Positions 41,395 through 53,899 of a stretch of 64,000 nucleotides of DNA are shown piece by piece; position 1 is the stretch's first letter; the number at the start of each line of letters is the position of its first letter. A program made the position numbers and the translations under genes. Origin of the DNA: Massalongia carnosa (lineage: Eukaryota); contig OZ287074.1 of NCBI GenBank assembly GCA_965645245.1, positions 558,001 through 622,000 on the forward strand, in the 5' to 3' direction. Under the pieces are notes generated by a model. That model did not search any database. It was not told where the DNA came from and was given only the letters and a program-made list of their open reading frames with translations.

Positions 41395-42083
41395 ATGCCC
41401 TCAGAACCATCAGCGTATGTAACTCTCATTTCGAATGACGGTTTCGAGTTCATCATTCGCCGCGAGAGTGCCAACGTTGCCGGCACCCTTAGAAGGATGA
41501 TTAGCCCCACAAGTTAGTTATTCCCGATCCTGCGAACCGGTAGGGATGATATCTAGGCTGAAAATCAAGACGGAACGGGCGAGGCTGCTCCGAGGGAAAG
41601 ATTCAGCGAGCATCAAGTGGCCTGATAGAGACAGGGATGAAGAGTACTGATGGGAGCTGTGCGCTTCAGGTAATTTTGCTGAGGGTATCAGCGGGAGATG
41701 CGTCCTCGCTACTATCAAGTACGTTATCCCCTTCCGCATTACTTCCATGTTATGCGCCTGCCTCATCCGCTCATGCTCTCTAAAATGGCCTGGCTCCAAA
41801 ACAAAGCTAACAAAATGAGGTGGAGCAGCGGTGTTACACTAGAAAAAGTGTGCGAATATCTCTACTACAACGAAAAGTACAAGGACACAAAGGATGTGCC
41901 AGACATGGATATACCACCGGACATGTGTTTGGACCTACTGATGGCAGCGGATTTTCTAAACGGTGAGTGTTCGGCATCTGACTATTGAGTGCTTTGCGCA
42001 AACAAACCCTTTTTGTGAGAGAGGTTCGGTTGGAGCAGATATATTGCAAAACCAGCCACTAACTCCTTTATTTTACAGTTTGA
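41395..42083 (+). CDS. ELC1: Elongin C
   Basis: [41 protein letters not shown]; three introns. Confidence 0.93.
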
Positions 42084-42517
42084 GGCACAACAAGCCGGGT
42101 AGCTCAATGAATCAACGCCGAAAAGCGAGTTCCGCAGCAAGGCCGAATGGCTGCATCTAAAGAGCCGGCTCACAACATAGTGTATGATACGCGATCGGGG
42201 ATTCTAGTAGGATAATTCAATATCCATAAGCACAGCCTCTGATTAAGCCCTATTATCAAAGACCTACATACCTTTTGGGGAATGCAAATTACCAGCGTTT
42301 CTACCCGGCCGCTGCCCGGTAAGGTGCTATTAGCGATGTGTGCATTCAAGGTTGTCTTCTACCAGGCAGCTCCCATTTGAGCATATGCGTTCTTCTCGTC
42401 TCCATGGGCTGAACGTCTATAGATGATGGTAGATTGAGATCTTTCCCCTGCAATCACCAGCTTTGCATTTACTTCTACAAAGGTATTGGTATAGCATATG
42501 CAGAAAGGAAATTATAT

Positions 42518-44206
42518 CTACTTCACCCTCCCTCTCCCCCTCCCCCCCTTTCCCTGTCCCCTCCCAGTCCCTCTCCCCCTTCCACCCCCCCTTTTCCCTC
42601 CGCCTCCTCCCTCTCTCCCCTCCATTTCAAACAGCTTTTCCCTTCCGAACCCCGCGTCCGCGACCCGAACGAAACTCACCACCCCCTGATCCACAACTGC
42701 CAGAATCACATTCCGCCACCCGTGCTTGAGCCTCGGGTACAACTGCCTTCCCTCGGGCGGCGGATCGTCCGGTACGCTCTGCAGCAAGTCATCCAGCTGC
42801 TGCAGCGTAGGGAATGCATCTTCACGGGCGTTAACGACTGCGATGCGGAAGTCGGGGGGCGGCGGGGCGGATTTCTTGAAGGCGGGCCGGGGTTTCCAGA
42901 CGTGAAAGCAGGGGCGCAGGGGCGACTGTCTGGGATGGAGGAGGGGTTCGTTTCCAGAGGATTTTTGTTTTTGTTGTTGCTGCTGCTGCTGCTGTGACAT
43001 TGCAGCAGCAATTTCATTCGCACCGGTCCGCTGGCCAAGGGGGAGGGAAGGATCGTACGAAGGAATGATGGCGAGAAGCCGATAAACGTCCTCTTTTTCT
43101 CCGCCGAAATAAATCAGTCTTGGCTTCCTGGGGAGGGGGAAACAACGGTCTACGAGCCAAAAAGGAATACTGACTATAACTCCGATATACACCCAACCCC
43201 ACCAGTGGGCCTAACGCAAGTGGACTCTCCCGCCCCCCTCGACTCTCGAACAGCATGCTGTAAAGCCTCGCGAACAGTCCTCCTGCCCATAATGACTGTT
43301 GCTGCTCCTGCGGCGCGTCCCCCACCCCGGTATAAAACCCTTCATTCTTCTTCTGCTTCCTCGCCTCCTCGTCCTTATCCTCGTCATCGTCCTCGCCAGA
43401 AACCTCACCATCCCATCCCGGGGCCCGGAGCACAATGTACCCGCTCCGCTTCAAGCCTGCGTATACCGTAAACCGTTCCAGCGTTAGGCCTCCCTGCCCA
43501 ATCAGCATGGCATACCCGGCTTGTAAACTCATCACTACCCCTCCATCCTCCTCCTCCTCCTCCTCATCCTCCTCTTGTCGATCCTTCTCCCTCTTCCCAT
43601 CCCCTCCCCCTTCTACCCACCTAACCTCCAACCCACCCCTCTCCAATAAATACAGCGCCTCTTCCTCCCCTAGCCCCACTCTCCCCCCAGTCCCCTTCAC
43701 CACCCGGCCCATCGTCCGGAAATGCACCCCCCGCGCCACCCCCACCACCAGCACCGACGGGCCCCCTCCTCCCCCCCCCAAGCGAGCACGGGAATCGTAC
43801 TCCGCCACGAGTTTCGCTCGCGGGGTCTGCAGGCGCGGGTGCGCGAGCGCGAGCGCCATAGCGTCGCGGGCGGCGGAGAGGGCATGAAGCTGCGACGTGG
43901 TGGGGTTGGGCGAGAAGTCTTTTTCGCCTCGGCGCGGGAGGGTGGGGTTATTTCTAGGGTTGAAAACAAGTGGGGGAGGGGGACGGGGGTTAGTTTATTT
44001 AATTTTTCTTGGACGGGGAGGGAAGGGGGGAAGGAACGGGAGCATTACTGCGAGATGGCGGAGAGGAAGCGGAAATCTTGGATTTCTTCGTCGAGATCCT
44101 GGTTGGGGGGGCGGGGGGGGTGGTGTGGGGAGGGGGTGGGGGGGCGGGAGGACGATGTGGAGATGGAGTTAGCATCGGAGTCGGGGTGGGAGTTGGAGTC
44201 GGCCAT
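42518..44206 (-). CDS. SEN54: tRNA-splicing endonuclease subunit Sen54
   Basis: DEEIQDFRFL | LPRRGEKDF, ARGVHFRTMG, EEALYLLERG, VYAGLKRSGYIV, FHVWKP..FKKSAPPPPDFRIAVV, LAVVDQGVVSF. Confidence 0.93.
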
Positions 44207-44943
44207 GGTGGTGATGGAGTTTGGGCTGGTCTGTCTGCTTCGTACCTGTCTATTAATCTGTAGGGTATGCATCACTTATGCATCACTTTTGAGGGTCTCA
44301 CGGTCTGTACTCGTAGTTATGCAAGGTTCCTATTCGGCTAACCCCTTTCATTACTAGCTACATCGGAAGGGATAAACCCATGCCGATGCTCTTTAGCTGA
44401 CGGCCTGAACGGAAATCTCACAAGCACCCGTCCACAACGTGGAATTTGACCACGTCTGTTCCCTTGTCGTCGAGTCCAGTATCTGCTGCCTCGGACCTCA
44501 TACCCTTCCTCTATGATTGAAGGCACGTGACTGAGTCGTGATGAATCCTTCTTGGGTAAAATAACGAGCGCTCATTGAATCATTGGATCAGCCCTAACAT
44601 GGTTAGGCTGCAGTCGCTTTCATTACTACATATGTAAACCCCTACTCTCAGCCTTCCCATAGGGCTTTACCAAACGTTAAGCGCCATACGCGATGCATGG
44701 CTTTACCCCTGGAATATCGCTCTTCAAACCTTCTAATTATAAACGGAAAAAGAAAATGGCTCGAAGACAGCTGTTTCTATTACCTCGAACTCAAGGTATC
44801 ATCAATATCCTGCATCTGGACACGAGCGCCAAAGCAAATCAGTCATAGACCTGGAAACGCGCTGCTTGCTAAGCAATATTGTCAATTCCTCTTTAACAAA
44901 CGTTTTCATGCATCTCTGTTAAAAGAAAGCTTCGATAAGCAGC

Positions 44944-46977
44944 ATGTCGGATGGAAAGGCTCAAGTCGTCATGCCGGCGCAAACTCCTGAGCGTGAGAGC
45001 GAAGATTTCGGCGGTGATGGCCCGGATAGAAACCTTTTAGCACAAGAAGCGTCAGGAATGCTTCAGCTTGAAGTTGACGACAGTATTGCCCTTCATCCTT
45101 CCGACGGAGCAAAATCTCCTCAACTCACCTTTCTGGATGTCTTTGCCGTCATCGTAGGAATGGCCATCGGATCTGGTATCTTTGCATCGCCATCCCGAGT
45201 CGACAGCAACGTCCCTTCTCCAGGAATAGCCATCATCACCTGGATCGTTGCCGGTATCTTCGCATGGACAGGTGCAGCCTCATTTGCGGAACTTGGAACG
45301 GCAATTCCCAAGAACGGAGGTATGCAGGAGTACTTGCTCTACATCTACGGCGACTTCCTCGCATCTGTCATGTCCTGGACATGGATCATCGTGGTGAAAC
45401 CCTCATCGATTGCCCTGCTGAGCATTATCTTCGCAGACTACTGGGCAAGCATTATATTTCCTTCGAGCCCCGAGCATCTCGGTCTTGTCAAATTAATAGC
45501 ATTGACTACCGTCGCTTGTGTGCTTTTGATTAATTGTATTAGTGCTAAATCTTCCACGGGGCTTACGAATGGGCTTCTATTCAGTAAACTGGCGACTGTA
45601 GCTCTGATTATGCTTATTGCCATGGCGGTTATTTTGTTCGGTATAAGCGGTAATGAAGACGCACCTTCCCAGGACTGGAAATCAAAGGATTGGTTTGCTA
45701 GCCGTGGGAAAGATGAAAATGGGAGTTCTATAGACTGGTCGAGTCTAAGCACTTGGGACCTCCTAGGCCGGCTTACTACTGCGCTCTACGCTGCACTTTT
45801 TGCCCTGGGTGGTTGGGACAATGTACGCTCAATTCATTCCGAATCCATTTTCCCCCCTATACTTTTTTTGTTCTTTAAAGTCATTTCGACATGATGGTCG
45901 TCGAGCTGAGCCGATGATGTAAATGCAGGCCAATCTAGTCGTAGCTGAAATGCGGGATCCCAACCGCGATCTCCCCCGCGCTGTTCATACCGCCATCCCG
46001 ATGGTAACTATCTGCTTTGTGCTCACAAATATAGCTTACTATATCATCCTTCCCTGGAGAATCATTCCATCCAGCGACGCCATCGCAGTGGTATTTGCAG
46101 CCCCCGTCCCCCGAGATCATCCACAACCCCAACTCCCTCATCAAGAGCTAACATAATTCAGGCAGTAGGAAGGCAAGCTTTGGGCACGACCGGGGGACTC
46201 TTGTTCGCCATCTTGGTCTCTGCGTCTTGCCTAGGCGTTTTGAACATCGACTTCTACACCACTGGTATCTTAACCGTCACCTCGGCCCGCCATGGCTACC
46301 TTCCCATGTTCCTCGTCGATCCTGACGACGGCGAATTGTTCCCTCAACGAGCCTATCATGCAAATCGGTCGAGCTTAAGCGTTCATGGAGCAATCGCACG
46401 GCTGAAAGGCGCTGTTATCAAAGTGTTCAGACTGAAAAAGTCGACAGCCCCAATGTGAGTTTTTTTTCTTTCACCACCCAGACCTTTCTAACAGGAACCC
46501 CCATACCGAATCACCATGATATATTTTTCGCTAACTTAAGAGAACTTAGCCGAGCCATGGTTTTCAACGCCTTAATCGCATGTCCCTACATCTTCCTTGG
46601 TACCTTCGGACCCCTAGTAACCCTTTCAGGTACCTCTCCCCCATCCTCTTCTCATCCCAAAACCCAAACTTCAACCACCCTCCCCCTCCCAAGGGCTTCT
46701 CTCTAACCCCCCCCCCCCCAACCCAAAAACAGGCATAGCAGGCTACTTCTTCCTCCTCCTCACCGTCCTGGGCGTGCTCATCCTCCGCCACCAACAGCCG
46801 TCGCTCCACCGCCCGTACAAACCCAGTTTCTGGGCGCCGGTGATTTTCTGCTGTTTCAGCGGGTTCCTGGTCGTGCGGGGCGTGGTTTTCGCCCCGGTGC
46901 AGGGGCTGCTGTTGGGGGGTCTGATGGTCGTGGGTGGTGGGGTGCATTGGTTTAGGGGGAGGGGGCGGGTTTCTTAG
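44944..46977 (+). CDS. APC-superfamily (LAT-type) amino acid transporter
   Basis: IGSGIFASP, FAELGTAIPKNGG, ALGGWDN, EMRDPNRDLPRA, RPYK; several introns. Confidence 0.9.
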
Positions 46978-47434
46978 GTAGAGTAATGGGGGTGAGGGGG
47001 TAGGGGTGGGGGAACGGGGAATTGGTGGGGGGGGGGGGGAACTAGAGCTAGGATATGGAATGGGAAAAAGGGTTTTAAAGATGCAAGGTATAGAAAGATA
47101 GGGATCGTGCGAAAGGATGGACACTGTTGGCGTTTTAGAATACTTTGCTGGTGTCCCTTCTTCATCATCATCAATCTCTCGGCTTCAGAGAATTGCGACT
47201 GTTTCCCGCCTCCCCCCCCCCCCTTTCCCCGTGGGTTTTCTCCTTTCTCCAATGCGGCTTTTAGTCTAATTCCTTAGCAATCTATTTTAGAAATATGGAC
47301 AGGAAACCCCCCCCTTCTTCCCGCCCTCTAGATCTAGACCATATTTTGGGTGAGGGTGTTTCCAGAATGACGCATCATCTTTTCTATCAATTAATGCTCG
47401 AAAATTTCCAAAAAAAAAGTCTCATAGAAAACCA

Positions 47435-48888
47435 TCAATACCATATACTCCTCGTCCGATGATGGGGAATCAACCCCATCCCGCCCTCTCCCTCCCCATC
47501 CTCCCTGTTCTCCTCGTCTTTCACGGTGTCGTAGAGGAAGAAATCGATAAGGATGGCGTTGGTTTTGGAGGCGGGGTGTTGGCGGTGGATTTCGCGGCGG
47601 AGTAGCTCGATGCACCAGATGCTGCTGCCTGGAAGATTTGGGAGAGGGGGGGAAGTTAGGGCCGGGGAGTTGAAAAGGGGTGTTTTCGAGGGGAGATAAG
47701 GGAGAAGTGAGAAAGGAAGGATGAAAAAGGGAGGCGGAGTAAAACTTTACGGACTGGAAAACCATGGGGCTAATGATAATATGAAGCTTAGCTTACCTCG
47801 CAACTGAATCTCCCAAGGATGACCACTCTCGATAGGTAAGAGTGAACGTATATGGTGCTCTAATGGAGGGCTGTAGCGAAGACATCCGAGGAAGTGGAGC
47901 ATCTGCGGAATTCGATAGTCTGGGTAGACTCGTCAATCACATACTTCAGTAACACCGCCATAGTAGAATGGTTTACCGGCAAACATAGTGATGGTGTCGA
48001 TATCGTGAAAGCTTCCGTAACCTTTACCCTCAAAGCAAGCCCATAGGTCGGCAACCATTATCTGAGCGCGTTTGTAGAAACGGACCGTTTGGCCTTCAAA
48101 GCGGGTTTCGTCTCTGAAGCACGGAAAGTAATCTACAAGCATGTTGACCAGAGTGGGTGCGGAGCCATTGGCATCCTCGATGCAAGAGAGGAAGCTGCCG
48201 TCAAAGCACTGGCTTCCCATAGGCTGATTAGGGTCAAAGGTCTTCGGGTAAATAGGCCAAGAAACTGACATCGTGGAGAATCTTTCCGGCTTCTCGAAGA
48301 CATAAGATCCGGTCCTCTAGTAGAGGAATTTTTTCTGAAGTCGTGGACCTAAAAACATACCCGAGCACCTCGTCGGTGCATTCAGCCTCGTTCACCCAAT
48401 ACGCTGGTGTGGTGATTGGAATGCCTGCGCCGTTAGGCTCGAAGCGAATATTAATACATGCATTACTCACCCTCATCAAGAGCACGTTGTAGGGCAGCAA
48501 CTAGACTCCAGTACCCCATCCAAACCCGGCCGCGGTATTCCACTGCAAAGCGCTCCTCCGGATCGACTTTATCCGACCAGAAAGAGAAATTCAATAGATC
48601 CATAGTGAAAATGAAATCGATCGTACTCGCGCCCCTCGCCTTGGGATGTAATTCGTGTTCTGCCCAGGTACTGAAGTTGAACCTCTTCTCTTGCATCAAG
48701 TTCCATATCAGAGCTGCAGCGGCCTTGCACCCCTGCGAGTCGATTGCCACGTCGATGGAATTATCATACACATGCTCCGCACTTTCTAATACTCCTGTCC
48801 GTGCAGGCCCGGGTGTGCTGTTACCATTTAGTCCTAGTGACTCCCGCAAAAGAGCGAGCAGTTCTTCATCTGCTTCGTCGTCTGACAT
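47435..48888 (-). CDS. QNG1: Queuosine salvage protein (DUF2419 queuosine-nucleotide glycosylase)
   Basis: HELHP, DLLNFSFW, GYWSLVAAL, FRDE, FYKRAQIMVADLW, TMFADYRIPQ, C-terminal PHHRTRSIWY. Confidence 0.93.
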
Positions 48889-49673
48889 GACATCCACACA
48901 AGGTATCTTGCTAAACAATCCAAACTAGAAAATCCTTTGCCTCAACTCTGCACTGTCCCTCTGATGATATGGTCCCAGGTAATTCTTGAAAAGTTTTTTC
49001 TCCGATATCACAACGTATCTGGATGCAAGGAGGAACCCTGCAGATCTTTGCTGCAGGACTTGTTATCGAACGTCTGCATCAGAGTCAAAGAAAGGCAGAA
49101 AAGAGAGAATAGGCATTGAATAACATGGAAGGTATGCTGTTTGTTGAAACCAGGAGAGCCCAAACACGAAGCAAGAAGACAGACAGAAAGTCACCATTTA
49201 CTTGAATATATTCACGTGACGCTACCCACACAGAGTGAAAATTAAGACGCTGGGAAGATGATCCCTGCCACATGGCGGACGAAAACGTGGCGCTAATCTG
49301 AGAACAGGTAAAAGCTTTTATCCCTGCAGCTCGGCAGCAGGGGTAAGATCTACAGGGCGAACGATGGGTCACTAGAGGGTGTGGCTAGCCTAATTAAGTT
49401 AGCGACTATGTACTCTGTACTCTGTACAAGGGTACTCTACTCAGAGTGCGGAGTACTCCGTACATTATGGGTAGGCAACCCCTGTAAGTTACTCTATGTG
49501 GCGCCTACGCAGGCGATCTGACAACTCTGACCTCACTTGCCCTTCGATTGCTCCATCCTCACCACCTGTCAACACTTCTCCCCCCTTTGCTTCTTATGCC
49601 TTATTTATCTCCTTATACTTCATTGCTCCTAGTCTCCATCCTGTCTTTCGGTTCATGAGCATCTTTTACCATC

Positions 49674-51986
49674 ATGGGGCGTGATCATTATCCAAAACAG
49701 TCGCTGGGCGCACTGTATGGTCGCATCAAACAGGTCTGTTTGTTTGCTACATTCCACCCAATCAACCTTGCGGCTAATATTTGGTAATGAATGCTAGTCA
49801 CGCATTTTAATGGTCGGTGCAGGTGGCATTGGATGCGAGCTCCTCAAGAATCTCGTTCTGACTGGCTTCGGCGAAATTCATATCGTTGACTTGGACACCA
49901 TTGACCTGAGTAATCTCAATCGCCAATTTCTCTTTCGCCATGAACACATCAAGAAATCGAAAGCAGTAGTAAGCCATTCCGCCTGCTTATAGCAGCCAGG
50001 TGATGGACCTTTCAAACTGATGGATTTGCCGCTAGGTTGCCAAAGAAAGTGCGGCCAAATTCAACCCTCACATCAAGCTGGAAGCGCATCACGCAAACAT
50101 CAAAGACTCTCAGTTCAATCTCGAATTCTTCCAAAGCTTTAATATTGTGTTCAATGCGCTCGATAATTTAGATGCACGGAGACATGTCAACAAGATGTGC
50201 CTCGCAGCAGATGTACCCTTGGTCGAAAGCGGAACGACAGGTTTCAATGGGCAGGTTCAGGTGATAAAGAGGGTGATACCGCCACATCATTTATGAAATG
50301 CCATATCTAATTATCGCAGGGCAAAACCGAATGCTACGACTGCACCACGAAAGAAACACCTAAAACGTTCCCGGTCTGCACCATCAGAAGTACTCCAAGC
50401 CAACCTGTACACTGCATAGTATGGGCCAAGAGCTACCTTTTCACGTACGAGTTCCCACGCTAGCTTGTCGGCAATGCTAATGGTATCAAGCGAGATTTTT
50501 GGGACCAGCGAGGATGAGGCTCCAGAGCTTGACCGAGCAGAAAATTCTGAAAATGGTATAGTGCTAACAACGCCTAACATCTCGAATTAGCTTATTTGTT
50601 TATAGCCGGAGAGATTGAAAACCTTCGGCAAGAATCGCAAGCACTCAAGCAGATTCGCGAATCGATGGGCTCAGAAGAGTTCCCACGCCAGGTCTTTGAT
50701 AAAGTATTCAAACACGATATCAACCGACTCCGAAGTATGGAAGATATGTGGAAATCGAGGAATCCGCCTCAGGCTCTTGATTTTGACCGGCTCTCAAACG
50801 ATGCTCAAACAATCGACGTATCCGTATCTCGAAGTGACCAAACCACTTGGACAAAAGCAGAGAACCTTACCGTGTTTCGCCACAGGTATAGCATAATTTT
50901 CAAGGTTAAACCTTTCTAGACTAATTCGACTAGCCTTCGCGAACTGAGCGCACGTCTGGCCCAGCTACAGACGGGCCAGGACACTACCGCAATCCTCTCA
51001 TTTGACAAAGACGACGAAGATGCCCTGAATTTCGTAGCTGCAGCTGCAAATCTGAGATCAATAGTTTTTGGGATAGAGACTAAATCAAAATTCGACATCA
51101 AACGTGAGTTTTTTTGACGCTCACCCTTGGACCCAGCAGACTCATTTCCTTATAGAAATCGCTGGAAATATTATACCGGCAATCGCTACCACTAACGCCA
51201 TGACCGCTGGTCTTTGCGTATTGCAAGCTTTTAAAGTTATGCGAGAGGAATTGGGAAAAGCTAGGATGGTAGGAGTGCATTTAGCCCAGAGATCATCGAC
51301 GCTAATCGAATCAAGGTCTTTCTAGAGCGCTCCACTGCTCGTGTAATCAATACAGATACTCTAAAACCTCCAAACCCTACGTGCACAGTTTGTGGAGTGA
51401 TGCAGTCAAGACTAGTAGTGGATCCTAGTCGTGCCACGCTAAACCACCTGGTAGAGGACGTGCTTAAAACCCAGCTGGGATACGGCAGCGAACTCAGTAT
51501 AACTAATGACGTCGGCGTTTTGTATGATCCAGAATTGGATGACAATCTGTCAAAAAGGTTGATTGAGCTTGGTATTAAGAGTGATAGCTTTTTGACCATC
51601 ATCGACGAAGATGAAGACGATCCCCGTGTGAATCTTTCTTTTTCCATATCTGAAAAGTAGGCTTCGCTACCTTGTCGATGTCATCATTACCTTCTGACTT
51701 GTATAGGACCCTTCCTGAAGACTCTGGCCCGATTATACTCCCACAAAAGCTTACCATTTCTCGAAAGCCCAAAATTCCCAGCACGCAAACATTACAAGAA
51801 AATAGCAATGGCGTTAACGGCACGATCAACGGGACCGCCTCCAAGCGAAAACGCAGCCTGGACGAACCTGACCACAAGGAAGCCATGAGCTCAAAGCGGG
51901 GTAAGCTCTACAAGAACTCTGGCGATGAAGCATCAGTAATCCCGGATGACTCGAGTAATGGAGCCATTGTGATTGAAGACGATTGA
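49674..51986 (+). CDS. UBA2: SUMO-activating enzyme E1 subunit
   Basis: [62 protein letters not shown]; multiple introns. Confidence 0.96.
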
Positions 51987-53899
51987 TCTTAAAATTTCGT
52001 TGAGCGTGTAATAATAAGCCTTTGCGATGAATCCATATTTCACTTCTAAAAGACTTCGTACTTAGTGGAAACCAGGAAGAATTCGTATACCCAGTTCACA
52101 AGGGGTTGAAAGAGATACTTTCTCAGAGCAACTATTGAGGATTAGATGGCTGATTGAAAATAACCGGATATGGACATATAGTCCAGTGCCAGGTTTGATC
52201 AATGCTATTCTATACCAAACCGCCCATAGGTTCTCTTACTCTTTCTACTGATAACTTCTTTTCTAATGCTGCGTTGAACTCCACTCATTCTACTCTAACT
52301 CTATACATATATCCTACAACCTCACCTAGATTATATTTCCTTCTTCTTTTACTGCTATAAAGAGGTATTAAATCTCCCGCACCTTTATCACGCTTGCCCC
52401 TCACTCTCTTTAAATCCTACGAGGAGCATAAGTAAGAACCTTTGTTTTAGCTTCAAGTACTCTATTGCCGTTCAATATCCCTAGCTTTCCAAAGGAAGTC
52501 GAGGTAGTGAAGAAACCAACAATAGCCCGTCAAAACAACGCAAACAAGCCAACTCATAATCTCTTGTGAACTTTTCAGTTAGGGGAACCCTTATGTCGCC
52601 CCTGCTGTTTTTTACAGATATTCAAACGAGGCTGGATGGCTTCTTTGTATCTTGTTCTTGGCTGGTTTCCATTCTTTGTTCCGAATTACCATTAGTCAGG
52701 CTCGCCACAGCCAGCCCTACTTTCTGGCGAGGGCCCATCAATTAAGCGACTTGTAAGTAGCAAAACATACCCTAGGCTGCACCCGCCAGATATTTCCAAG
52801 AAGCTTGCGAGCTATAACTGTTGTGTAATTCTGCGATTTATCAAAGCTTTTCCTTAGTGTGACCATAAGATCTATATTTTTAAACTTTTCCTCCTCTTTC
52901 ATCGTCTTACTAACCCATTACATTATCTTTATTCTCATCGTCGCTTCGTCATGGCAGATTCTTCTTTATGGTATGGAAGACACAACTAAAATTTGTTAGA
53001 CTTCCCAGCGACGAAGAAGCTTCTCCTCATCCTCTTCTTCTCTCACAGTTAGGGCTGTTGCATGAAGTTGGTGATCATGGAATGCCTGATAAAGAGTGAT
53101 AGGAAACGTCAGAGGAAGTTTCGCCGACCTTCTGTGCGTGGGCCTTCCTTTCCCTCTCCTCTTGTCATCTGCGCCTCAAGGTGCTCGTGGTGAAGCCTCT
53201 CATCTGAGGCCCAGCGATCAACGATGGCGACTTTGGAGAAACTCTAACAAGGTCCGGATGAGATGTCTGCTAAAGCCTATGAATCAATATAAGACTTCCA
53301 CGCAGCAAGGACAGTAAAAGCTCTCGGTATCATAAATGAAGAAGCTAAGAGTCTTAGCGATTGAACAATGGCCCGAAGCAGAGGAAATCCAAATACATAT
53401 TACTGTGTATGACAAATGAACAGTCCAGTAATATTATGATGATCCACAGTTACGCAAAAGGGGCTCCAGCTCTGGTAACCCATCCACACCTGATTACCCG
53501 AGCTTCAGCGAAGTCGAAGAAGTCGGTGATTTAATCGTCAGCTAGTCGCCAGACAACCTAACTAGCTAGACACCTCAGCAATGAGCTAGCAGAATGTTAC
53601 AATGCTTTTGTTATATCAAGAGTATTATTAGAAAGCCAACGATCATGTATCAGTAGCATATTAGTTCTCTAGGACAAACCAACCAGCCAGAATGACTCGA
53701 CCTTCCGTTCTGTTTCCAAACAATAGGCTGCGGCTGTTACGAAAGCGGTTCGATGTAGCAACATAAAGGCAGAGCCATAAGGTTCCTCGCTATCACCCCC
53801 GTAAGTGTAAAGATGGAGGCAAGACTTTTAAGTCCTTATCTTGGGATTTGGCGCCCACAATTACGAGACAGGGTGTTATCAAGATTTGAAGAATCCATC

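Noticed and set aside
41513..41669. Possible C/D snoRNA in the long first ELC1 intron
   Set aside because: C box imperfect (ATGATA), no terminal stem or identifiable guide
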